Source of the DNA: Botryllus schlosseri
Taxonomy: Eukaryota
Assembly (NCBI GenBank): GCA_051294905.1
Contig: CM119379.1
Coordinates: forward strand, 11,036,001-11,100,000
Reading direction: 5' to 3'
DNA length: 64,000 bases
Shown piece by piece: positions 38,848-50,636 of this stretch. The stretch's first letter is position 1. Every line of letters begins with the position of its first letter. The translations under genes and the position numbers were made by a program. Under the pieces are notes generated by a model that saw only the letters and a program-made list of their open reading frames with translations, was not told where the DNA came from and did not search any database.

Positions 38848-41800
38848 ATGGCGATGCCCACGTGTCTTGCCGTATTTCTTTCTGTTGGACTTGCATCTGC
38901 AGGTGAATTTTATACGTTTTATTTTACGAACATGTTGCAATATCAAGCTTTCTCATTACGTATTTCTACAAACCAATGCTAACCGATATAGCTTCGTCAA
39001 ATTATCTGGTTAACTATGATTTATGCTTAGCTGTGTCCATTTCGTTTTCCAAAACCTCAAATAAAGTGCGTCTCATATAACATGTTTCTTCAAATCATTT
39101 GGATAAAGTTGAATTTATCAATGTATGCAATATCATCACGCTTGTAAAATATGAGACCACAAGTCATGGGATAGTAAACTTAAGCTCCTTGAATATTATT
39201 TTCATAAATTTCGAAATCAGTCGCATTGACGCATATCTCATTTTCACGAAGTCGAACAATCATCACGTCGCTTTTCAAACACCCGCCCGCCATTGAAAAA
39301 TTTAATCAGCCCTATGGAAATTCCTTCGTGAGTAGGCCTATATATGTCGTCCAGTGGCAACCTGTTATCTTTCACAAATTGTTATAACGGGATTTGCATT
39401 ATTGCTTATGATTATTTTCATTCTCAGGCGTCACAGAAGATGAGTCTGTTGGGACCGAAGAGGCCGACTGTCAGCCGCCGTTTTGGCACGGCAAATTGGG
39501 CGATAATTGGCCGCTTGCTGGTATCCTGGCTAAATCGAGGCCATCATTCCGACTCTCCGTCGGGAATACAATCAACGGAACATATTACAAAGCTAGAAAG
39601 CTGCATGGGGGTATAGAATCACAATTATACCTAATATCTTTTTTGAAAAGTCCCAGAAAAGTCTGATCTTCTGAAATATGTTTGCTGCATAGGCTACATA
39701 TTCCAAAATGGGAGTAGCGCGGGGGTCACCAACCTTTTCGAAACCAAGAGCTGCTTCTTGGGTAGGCCTACTGATTAATGCGACGGGCTACGAGCTACTC
39801 CCACCGTTTATCCGTGCTCAGTTGCGTTTATTCACTTAGACATGCAGAGCACTGGGCAGGGATCCCTCCCCTTACCAAGAACATAAAACTCTCACTCACC
39901 GGGACTCACACCAGCGTCTCCGGGCCCCGTTGCGTTACGTTATAATAATTATCTAGTCCCGTGTGGGCAAAGACGAGCAATGCCCGATCGAAAACTGCAT
40001 TCGAATGCGTCTTTGGGCCGACTGACCAATGTTTAACTGCTGCTCATATGAAACCCTTCTGCTTCAACCTTCAAATATCTCATTTGAATATTTGCCACTA
40101 CGGCCGCGGGCGTATTAATTGGTACTCGCGGGTTACCGGTAACCAATGGACATCGAGTTGGTGACCCTTGGAGTAGCGTAACGAACTTCGATTATATATA
40201 ACAATTCAAGTAGGCTATTAAGCTGCATTTTCACATGTAAGCACCAATTGTGTAATGTTGTTGTTGTTGTTGTTGTAACTGACCAAGAAAATGAATCTTC
40301 AGTACAATCACGAGATTACGACGCGAGCATATCCTTTTTATTACTGGCCTCAACTACTATGCAAGCAGCATCCGATACCCGATCACAATTCTTTCTGACA
40401 TCGTGACATATTTCAATAGTGACATTACTGGCCCTCCGTCCCAAGAAGAAATCATCGAAGAGAATACACGGGTTCATACTAAGTCAGACGACGGACACCG
40501 AGACTTGCGGATTGGGTGTTTTCAAGATAAGAAATGTCAAAAAGGCCGCGAATGCCACTGTCAGAGCGGACTGCGGGGATGTCATTTTGGATGGTGGTAC
40601 TGACGTCATAAAGGTGCGCGCTATTAAATGGAAGGCACCCAAATGTGGATGTGTCACGCTCAGGTGGGTGCTTAACTCATTATCTTCGTCAGAAGGTATG
40701 CGTAATTAATGGCACGGGAACCCATTTCGGATATGCGAGGATTCGACTTTAACAATGTCTAGCTCAGTGGTTCTCAACCTTTTTGGCTCCGCCGACCCCT
40801 TTTGGATCGTCACAGACTCCCGCGGACCCCCTCAAATTTTCGTTCACAGTTAGCTCAATTATCGTGAAACCGTCAACCGTCTGTTGCAAATAGTAAATAG
40901 TGATAAACAGCCATAAAATGACTTTTCTCGAAAATAACAGCACGCTATGTGTTGGAATTGGGTATATTTATATTATTTCGAAGGGAATTTTCCAGCTGTA
41001 TTTATTGCCTTGAAACTATGCGTCTTCGAAGTGATATGAATGAGTGCCGAAAATCCATTTCCACAAAAATATATTGGTGGCGAATGTAATATTAACGCGT
41101 AACGCTTCCGACGACAGCTTTTGGCGAGATAGTGTAATGGTTATGCGTCCGGCTTCTCGAGCGGTAGGTCGTGGGTTCGATCCCCGGCCGGGTCATACCA
41201 AAGACTTGAAAAATGGTATCCGCAGCTATCCTGCTAGGCGCTCAGCAATCACGGATAGCATGGAGGAGAAAAAAACGGGGGCGCAGACTAGATGACCTCA
41301 TGGGGCCGTATCGCAACTCCGTCGCCAAAGCATCTCGATGGTGCAGGCGAGAAAGAATATCATATCTCTCTCTCTCTCTCTCTCTCTCTCTTTGGTGTGA
41401 CTTTGAACATATCACGTCCAGCCAGTATTCATTTCTATCTAGCATCTCATAATCTCATATTGAAGTTCTTTAGTAGTCAGGACAGGCGAAAATGGATTTC
41501 GTGGCGCAGTCTTAATTCTTTCACTGGGACAGATTCGAAAAAAAATTCAGGAATTTCTATTTCAAACGACTGTTTACTAATCTGCTGAGACTGACTACTA
41601 CAAATCCGAAATGTTCTCCCGTTTGACCTTGCTATCTCCAACATTTAAGTTTTCCACAACCCCCGAAAAAATATCTCTATACAGCCATGTTTGCATCAGC
41701 AGGCTATTGGCAATTTGACCCCCTGAAAATGCTGCACGGACCCCCGGTTGAGAACCACTGGTCTAGCTAAAACCAATCGAGCCTGCTATGAGTAAAAGCT

Positions 41801-43515
41801 TATTACCATAGTGTCGTATATGGTGTGGACACAAGCAAATCTCACGGCTCAGTGAAATTGGTCTACTTATTTTGATACTCCAGAAAACAAGAAGTGTATC
41901 ATTGATTAATTAGAGCCAGTCGCCTAAAAAAAATTTCACAAGTCGATCGGAACCAACGACCACAGACTACAATGCAGCCGTTGCTAACGGTATCTTGGCA
42001 TTCCATATTGTCAAACACCAGCAATCATTCCTCTCCAACGATTGCACATCGCAATTGTCCAAAAAATATTCTCCGACTCCCACATCGCAAAAAAGTTTGC
42101 TTGGCCAGGACCAAGACTACAAGCATTGATACTGGAGTTCTTGCTCCATACGCCCCCCTCCCCCCCCCCAAAAAAACGATTTTGTCTGAACTTGGTGTAG
42201 AGCCTTTTTCCATCATGGTTGACGCCTATAATCGCAACCAGGTGAAAGAGTTTGGTGTATCACCCTATGGGTGGCCCAAGACCAACTTTTTTCGACGAAA
42301 AGTATGGGAAATGATATGACACGGCTTATATGAGTACAAAGCATGTACAAAAACGCTTTTTAATGCCAATCTAATTTTTCGACTGTCCTTATTTTTGGGT
42401 CCATGTCGATGGCAACCCTGCATATAGGACACTATACTATTACTAATAGTTAAACGACCTAATATAGTTTTGTTTGGCGATGCTGGGTTGAAATGAAAAA
42501 TTTTCGTAATGATCTTATGGAATTAATTTATATTATATCGTATCTGATAAAAGTAAAACTTCCCTGCCAAGGTTCGCATACCTTGGATTGTGAAGTAACT
42601 TACTCATGTAAAACGCTCGAATTGCATACGAAATAGTACATTTCTTTTACATAACTTGTTTGATATATGCACGGGTAATACGCAATACAAATGAACACTC
42701 ACACACCTTCAAACCTTGGCCTTTTATTACGTCATGAACATTCAACCTTTTCGGCTGAAGGTCCACATCTGGTGCAGTGGCGTAGCAGCATATGCTGTCG
42801 CCCCTGGCATTGCTATGATATGCATCTTGAACACATGTGAGCTGTAAGTAATATATCGATATTACCAGTCTAGCAGTGGAGGATGATTTTTCCAAGACTC
42901 CCTGTTGGGACGTCACGAAAATTGCCAATATTCTTTACCTCTAATGGCCGATACCGATATATCTTTCAAAGTGTGATATTGACTCGATAATATCGACGAA
43001 CCAATAATAATGACCATAATTATTACTATTTTCGGGCGGATTCTCGTGCAGATGACCTAAATTAATTCCATAGGCTATGGCTTCGGAGGCTTTAATTGCA
43101 TTACTTGCTGCGGCCAAAAAATCAAGTGTCGTCACGTGGTTACGAAAATATTTATTTTCAGCAATAAATATATATGGTTCAAGTAGATCAATAGTGTAAA
43201 AGTGGAAGAAGTTTCAGCACATCAAAAACTTGGAAACTGTTGACTGCTCCTTCGGCTATTGTACATGGTCAACAAGGATTCAATATGACATCCAACAACG
43301 TTCTCCCTGTGCAACCCAGTCGCAAAGCAATGGCTGAACATCGAAATAATCATTGTGGCTTAACTATGTTTCCCGATTTATTCAACAGAGTCGAAATCAA
43401 GTCAGCTGACAACATTATCTACAGCGATGATCCCGACAGTGAAGAAAGTGACGAATATCGAATTCTTACCAAGACACTGTGCCCTCCAGCGGTGGATTTG
43501 CCAACACCAGCATAG
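38848..43515 (+). CDS. Secreted stand-alone Reeler-domain protein (F-spondin N-terminal type), 202 aa, 4 exons
   Basis: Exons 38848-38902, 39428-39610, 40420-40663, 43389-43515. Signal-like MAMPTCLAVFLSVGLASA; SFRLSV..YY..VTL..IHGFIL..WKAPKCGCVTLR..NIIYSDD..LTKTLC parallels F-spondin FSLRV..FY..VTL..FRGFTL..WIAP..GCVILK..RIIYFQD..LTKKLC. Confidence 0.85.
39720..40170. mobile_element. hAT MITE in Reeler intron 2
   Basis: Termini CGGGGGTCACCAAC / GTTGGTGACCCTTG; perfect TSD GAGTAGCG at 39712-39719 and 40171-40178. Confidence 0.88.
40765..41760. mobile_element. Charlie-like MITE carrying a SINE insertion, in Reeler intron 3
   Basis: TIR CAGTGGTTCTCAACC / GGTTGAGAACCACTG; perfect TSD GTCTAGCT. 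Confidence 0.92.
41123..41390 (+). mobile_element. tRNA-derived SINE family 1, full length with (TC)n tail
   Basis: A box TAGTGTAATGG, B box GGTTCGATCCC, central GGTCATACCAAAGACTTGAAAAATGGTATC..CCTGCTAGGCGCTCAGCA, (TC)n tail. Confidence 0.9.
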
Positions 43516-44586
43516 ATGCTGTTTGGATGCAACCGACCAAGAGTGGATTCAGAAGCACCCGCTAAGAAAAAAATGAAATTATTGATCTAGGCCTACCGTA
43601 CATATGAGATGAAATCAACGATAATAATTGTTAATTTTGAGTGCATGCCTGATTTTGTGTGACGTCTTGATACTGATTTCATGTCTGCAAATACACGCAG
43701 GCCTGCCAGACCACTTTCCTCGTCTGAGTGTTGTGGTATGGGAAGGTCAATCCAGCTTGCTTCTACTTCGTTGTAACATTCATAGCCATGGAATTATCGG
43801 TAGAGATGGGCGCGATGATTCGAGTACTTGATCCAAATCCATTGCTGTGTTTTTGTTCTGTTAGTGGTGTCCATGGTGTTTAGACTATATACCATGATCA
43901 TTTTAGACCAGGCCGGTATTCATTATTTAGCTAGTTTACTGCTGCATGCTTTACAAAAGCATCAGATACATGAACCTGCAAACAGAAACATGTTGCATCA
44001 CCACGTGTTTCAGGGCATGTATGAATTAGCTAAGGTGTAGCCAACCAGTAATAGTACTTTTACCTGTCTTATGAAACACAAATACAAAAGGAAGTCATGC
44101 CGTACGTGATTTTATTGTATCTCTACCGCAGTATCTTTCAAGAGATCTCCAGGTTCCATTCCACAACAATGGGTTACGTGGCTTACGAGTGATTTCTATG
44201 GTGAATGTAGTGAGTGTAGTGACTACAGCTACTGCGACTGCTGTGCGCCTTGATCATCCAAAACTTGATAAAACCTAATATAGAATGCGACACTCACATT
44301 GTATGCAGAAGCGGGTGATATACTCCAATAATAATCCATAACCTGTATATAATTCCGCTTTTGTTGTTTAGTAACAATTAAATATGGCGTAAATGTATAA
44401 AATCTATGGTGGTAAATTTGGCGAATCATGGCTCATGCAGTGGCTGCTCGTGATGCCCACAAGAGGTCGCAAATTAGTTAACATGCGCTTTCTGTTTCGT
44501 CATCCGCGACAGTGAAATGTAGTCGTATTCGCGAGCGGTTTCTTCTCCTTGTTTAAGTCTGCGTACGGGCCAAAGCAATCGAAAGA

Positions 44587-44949
44587 ATGTCTGAAGTTAG
44601 TGGAACGGTGAAATTCTTCAACGAAGTCAAGGGTTATGGATTTATCACCCCTTGTGACGGTGGACCTGATATATTTGTTCACCACTCAGCCATCGCTGGA
44701 AGCGGATTCAAAACTCTGATAGAAGGCCAAACCGTTTCAGTAGTTCCCGAAAAGGGACAGAAGGGCCTGCAAGCAAAGGTTTGCATCCCGAATTCATTAC
44801 CACGTTGATCACCCACACGATGTCATTGGAAATCACATTCTTTTGATAGTATACTCGTACCGCAGATCTCGTATTCGACTTTTTGTTATCTGTCATATTT
44901 CGTGATACGATTGTTGAAATAGAATGTTCTTTCTGTTCTTTCCCCCTGA
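44587..44949 (+). CDS. Single-domain cold-shock protein of bacterial CspA type; preferred model has 2 exons (44587-44778, 44923-44949), 72 aa
   Basis: RNP1 KGYGFI, RNP2 IFVHHS, then [27 protein letters not shown]. Splicing AAG|GTTTGC...AAATAG|AAT gives [10 protein letters not shown] and restores the conserved AxNV. AATAAA at 45108. The unspliced alternative ends at 44808 ([11 protein letters not shown]). Confidence 0.88.
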
Positions 44950-45107
44950 CGAGTGCGTCAGCCGAAAATATTCGGGTTCATTTCAATATGAATATATTAT
45001 TCAATTGTATATTGAAGTTCTGTTCCTCCAAGAAGCTCTTCCTGTTACGTTTTTTGTGTATTTTTCCAAGTTTTATCTGCTGAATTATCATTGCTTATCT
45101 ATATCTG

Positions 45108-45113
45108 AATAAA
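45108..45113 (+). terminator. Putative polyadenylation signal of the Csp gene
   Basis: AATAAA ~160 nt after the modelled TGA (44947-44949). Confidence 0.5.
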
Positions 45114-45777
45114 TTTACCTTTTTAAACAAACTGGTCTCTCGTAGCTATGATGGGATAATTACTACAAGGTATAAACACATCGAGTCAACCGACCGGTGA
45201 CCTGCATGGTTTTCAGAAAGTTAGTTTGTCATGTAGCAGCTTTAAATCATAGAAACGACCTCCATAGGGTGACTGGAATAAGATCATTCTAAAAGTCAGG
45301 CGGAGTTACTTAATAGGACATTCAACTTTCGACATACGTAGCAAGCCTCCGGTAACGAACATTGTGAGATGGTCAGAGGTCAGGATCTGGTTCAGGGGCC
45401 GCATCGTAGATGAAAGAGTTCATCGATTTTTAACGTAGAATTCGGATGTTGAATTTGCATTGAAAGTGATATTTTAGCAGGATTTCTCCGTTTACAGATG
45501 AAAAAGATTAGCAGAACACCAGCCGGATTTTTCCGGACTCTGCCTTCCGGATTGCCAGCCGGCGCCGGCTGAATTAGGATTCCAACGAAAAATCCGACCA
45601 TTTCTGGAGATAGGACGAGTGGGAACAATTGTGTACGTACCAGTAACTCCATGTAATATCGAGTATTTGCTGGACTATTTTGTAGTGAAATTATCGGACA
45701 AAATGGGCGCGTCAAGGTGAGATAGGTTATCTTAATCCACCCGTGATGCATGTGAAATGTTACGTCATACAAACATG

Positions 45778-46292
45778 TAGGGCTGGGCAAAATCGAGTAC
45801 CTGAGTGATTCGATTCTGAATCACGTAATATGCTTCGAGTCGAGTCGAGTAATCGAGTATCACTCATTATGACGTCACAACAGGATGTACTATGTCGAAG
45901 TCCAAATATGAACCTTTTATGCCACCACAAAGAACGTAATGCCTGTTATCCATCACATTAAAGATACTTTGGTATTTTTTCGACCATACCGATTTCATTG
46001 CACTTCTTAACAATTTTGTTGGATGATAATGACTTCGGAAATGCGTTATTTCCAGTAACATTCGTAGCTTTAAACTGTGCCTGGTATGCTCAAACACGGC
46101 CAATCAAGGTTTCACGGCTTCCTCAGTGGAAAATAGTATCAAAACTATAATTCTCGTCAGTAAATTAACTTTCAGTTGCGAGGACCTTATAATTTCAGTA
46201 CTCGAAAACATCGTCTTTTACTACTCGACTCGAATCATTAAAATTACTACTCGATTCAGATTCGAGTACCCGAATCATTTTGCCCAGCCCTA
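45778..46292. mobile_element. 515-bp hAT MITE, inverted sister of 28523-29038
   Basis: TIR TAGGGCTGGGCA; perfect TSD CAAACATG at 45770-45777 and 46293-46300. Confidence 0.92.
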
Positions 46293-46619
46293 CAAACATG
46301 ATACAGAAAGGATGATGTGTTCGTGACTATTCGTACAACGCAACTTCACTGCAAGTCGGGTAGCGAATCGTTACCGGAATGTCTAAAGTCAAGCCAGATA
46401 TAATCAATACGTGAAACAGTAATGATGATATATGACATGAGTATTCGTATCACGCAACGCACGGCCGAATTGTATCAAACCGAACCAAGATATAATCAGT
46501 TCTGCCACTTGAGATTATAGACAAAAGTACACTGGTCTCAATATTTCGGCCAGGAATATTGCGGAAATCATTGCATTGATTAGCACCAATAACGTGATTT
46601 GGCAGAAGAAGATTTGGCA

Positions 46620-47714
46620 AATTTTATGAACTACCTACTTACTTTTCGCTATTTTCAGTGTGTCAAGTAAAAGTGATTTAATCCTCCAATAAGAAAGATA
46701 GCCTAATGAATTTAGGGGCTGTTTTCACGTAGTACCAACATTTAATTTTCATAAAATTCATGTAATGCCGAGAATTTTCGTTGCGCTTCGCGCACAGTAG
46801 ATATGGAGTGTCTCACGACAGTATCGCTGCATATACGGGGTTGCGTGGTTCCATTCACACCGCATTGTCGCCAATATAAAATATTACATTACAGTAAGTA
46901 TGGCCCTCATAACGTTTGAAACTACCGTTTCGCAATCAGGCAATTACCTGTGATACCTAGCCGCCCATGACGTGTCCTAATCTGGAAAAGTGGACTTTGA
47001 GTTTTGTTAACGTTAAACCTGTTTTAGCATACCACCGTTGAAACTTTCTGGACAAGAGACATGAAATATATTCTCCGATTTTTAGAAGTAGTTCAATTTC
47101 GAGTAGTATACGTTGAGTTCTAATTATAGTTTCAGTTCTTTTGTCCGGAGAACAAACATATGTGGAAGATGCAAGTGTAGTAAAGCCTTATATTTTTCGA
47201 AAATAAAGCTAAACTGTATGGCACGATCTGCCATATTTTTAATTAACGTTTACTAATCACGCAAAGAGTTAAAGCCGTATCCGACACAACTTCTCCGTAT
47301 TGCTCTTCGACTGAACTAGGGGCCTTATAATATGAGGGAGAGAGCCATGCCGTGATATTCTCTAGAACGGGGTGTTTGAGTAAACAAAGGATTGGTACCG
47401 CATTTGCATCCCTTGATGTGGACGACTGCTTATTCTGCCAAAAATTGACAACTCCTGGGATGCATCAATATGAATCAAGCTCTCTACACCTTTCGCATAG
47501 CTCTATTTGCAGCTTTTGACAGTCCTTGCGAACGTATTACGATCGTTTTCACAACTACCTACTTACTTGAGTAGATTTAAAGTCAATCAATTCTACTTCT
47601 AATTCAAGTAGCTTTAGGTTGTTTATGAAAGAAGTACTTCTACTCGTACTTAAGTAGATTTTTTCGTCGCTACTTCTACTTGAGTAGCTTTCTCGACTAC
47701 TTTGACCACCCCTG
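46620..47714. mobile_element. CTACTT-family hAT element, left end truncated
   Basis: Colinear with 28020-28350 plus 30500-31169; right terminus TTTGACCACCCCTG. Confidence 0.75.
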
Positions 47715-50636
47715 CAAACTACATGCTCAAAAGTGACATTGCGCGACAATTCTATATTACGAGTGCATCAAGCAGACAATATTGAATCCACAAAACTGAT
47801 GATTACAGAGTGGAAAGCGCTTATCCAATCAATAATTGTACTCGTAATTCTATTTCCAACAGCAGTGGTCCGGACATCGCATTGACTATAGCTCGCATCG
47901 CGACAATTGTATACTGACTATATTGGCGTTGTGGCCTGCTTTTTATGCATTTCCCGCGTTAAATTTGCAAATCATTACTGTAGAGATCATGCGCTGGAGT
48001 GAATTTCAATTCTTATGCACACACAATAACACACTGTCCACTTTCGTGGTATCATTAAAAAAACTATCAGCAAAGACGGTGTTTCGTGGCTTGTTCGCCT
48101 CCAAATCGACACGTACAGTAAGGCCACGTTTTCATTCCATGGCGTCGATTATATATTCGTCTGATTACTAATTAGTTAAATTACGCTATGCTCAGCTCAC
48201 ATATGCCTCAGTCCCAATTATTGTGAAATGCAGAGTGATCATTCATTTTCGAACCGCACAATTGGCCATCGGCGTTGTACTGAACAAAATTGCGGGTATG
48301 ACGAATGCCCATAATAAAGTAATTACGAAGTAAGCCGCGGCTAGCCTACCCTGGTTTGGCGACTATGTATGAACATGAACAATGTACACGGTTAGAAAAG
48401 GTTGTGCCTACGCCAGCTCTGCTGTAAATGCATGGCTCAAGGTCTCCGGCTCCTTGCTCTTGCTCCGGTTCCAAAGGCTTGGTTATAACTGCCCACAGTC
48501 ATATCTTATAGACACAATTTTAGAGATGTCTAAACAAGCGATATCAGTACAGCGACGTTTTACTGTGATAGTACTCGAATCTTATGCTTTCTTTCGTTCT
48601 GATAAGAATGTGTTTCTGAATTTCGTCAATATAATTATAATATAAATGCCATGATCCCACCATAAACGCGATTAGAACTGCGGGGCAAGTTCTGGTATTG
48701 CCAGAGAACGAATAATAATTCGACGAATTGAAGAGAACGAATAAATGTTCGTTGGTAATATTCAAAAACATATAGGCTATCAGTAATTGTTCGAAAGAGA
48801 AGCGGTATGGTGTTGAATAATATAATATAGGTTTACATATGTTCCTTTTGATTTAATCATGATAGGGTGTCTATCTTGCCTTAGCAACGACAACGTGAAT
48901 CATATAGTAGGCTACGTGGTGATCGTGAAAGTCTCGTCCTCCGTTTAATTACACGAGACGAGTTGCCAACTTTTCCACGGACAAGATGTCGAACCGATAC
49001 AACAAAGTAAAATCTTTGTGATATATGTAATATAATTCACTCACTGTATGTAGTGTCACTGTCATGAAGCAGAGTTTTCGGCTCTACCCTGGTTTTATGT
49101 CATGGCTATTTGGCGATTATTATTTTGACCAGTCAACAAAAGCAAAAAAAATGCAAGCTGTATTATCTTCGTGTCGCAGAGGTTGTAATGTATGCGAGAT
49201 TTTCATTTTACATTTTACACCTTTTAGTCTACTATTGTAGACAACCTATCGGTGTATCATAAACCCTTAAGTGGCTAAGCTACCCCCGGAATAAAAAACC
49301 AGTCATACACCCAGATCATTCAAACTAATGAAGAAATATTTCTGAAATGTGGACTCAAGGTGATATGGTGTACATCCTAATTTTGGTGACAATGTGGTGG
49401 AAAATCGTCGACGTCATAGTACTATGGACTGCTCCCGGATTGTACAAGGGCGCGTACTATTTGGCATGGTGGGAACTACTTTTATACGCAGATGGCACCG
49501 TGATCAACTAATCTGCTAACTAAAAATGGCCTTCCATGCTTATAGCACAGCGTTTCTCAACACCGAGTCCGCGGACTCAAATGAGTCCGTGGAAGGACCT
49601 GGGTGAGTCCGCAAGCACATGGATTTTAGGTAATTTAATCGGCAGACACGTTGAATGATTAGGTGATTCTTTATTGATGAAACCTTAAGAAACGATCATG
49701 GATCTTGATTTGTAGTTCTGCGGACATAGTTTTAGATTGAGAAAGTCGAAAATCCACGAAAACGTCAAAATTTGTAATTTTTTCTTCTACTTCCGATATG
49801 ATTTTGGAACATGTTATTGACGGAACAGCGGGGACCAAACTCATCACAGCCTCACGAAGAAAATAGCTTTTTGGTCGGAAAATGCATGATCCACGTGCTG
49901 ATCCGGGTGTGTGAAACTCAGATTTGAGACTTGGGCTTCGGCCTTGATGTTTGATTCGCAAAATACCACTTTAGAAATATTAGTCACCTTCATAGCTGTC
50001 ATATAAAATGCAAAGATACCTCAAATATGTGAATGGCGGTACTGAACTTGAATGGAGCTTTCAGAACAACATTCATTACGGTTGGATTTATTAACTCAAA
50101 GACTTTTCGTGTGCCCCTTATCAAGAATTAATGACACAGTAAGAAAGAAGGAGAAAGAGTTCCTGCACAATCTTTAAATATTCCAATAATATATACAGCT
50201 AATTGTCTGTGTAATGCAGTGGTTCTCAACCTTTTTGACCTCGCGGCACCCTTTGGAAATGAAAATAGTTTGCGGCACACCATCAGAGTGGTTCTGAACT
50301 TTTTTGGCTTACGGCATCTGCAAACTACCAGGATACTTATTAGCATCCAGTAATAACGCTGACTTATGTGACCTCCTCTGCAGTCAATCCAAAAACGTCT
50401 CGGCACTTCCTTTCTTTTGAAATAAACTTCTCGATTTTTATATTTCTATAAGTAAACTCAATGGTATATACATATATATCATTGGTGAACTTTTGTACGT
50501 AAAGCGTCCCTAATATAGCTTGCTAAGCCGTGATAGAAAGTCTTCGTTTTCCTTGGGCCAGAATATCGTTCCTTCGTGATTACAACAAACAGGGCGTATT
50601 CAGACGAAAGTTAAAGTGGTCATTTTGATATACAAC

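Noticed and set aside
42647-44430. Antisense multi-exon gene overlapping the Reeler 3' end
   Set aside because: Isolated plausible exon (LTCVQD..GQGLK) and splice-like sites exist, but no phase-consistent chain could be built.
43490-44587. Reeler-Csp fusion by splicing
   Set aside because: The candidate donor GCG|GT is phase 0, but the acceptor at 44557 needs phase 1 to be in frame with Csp.
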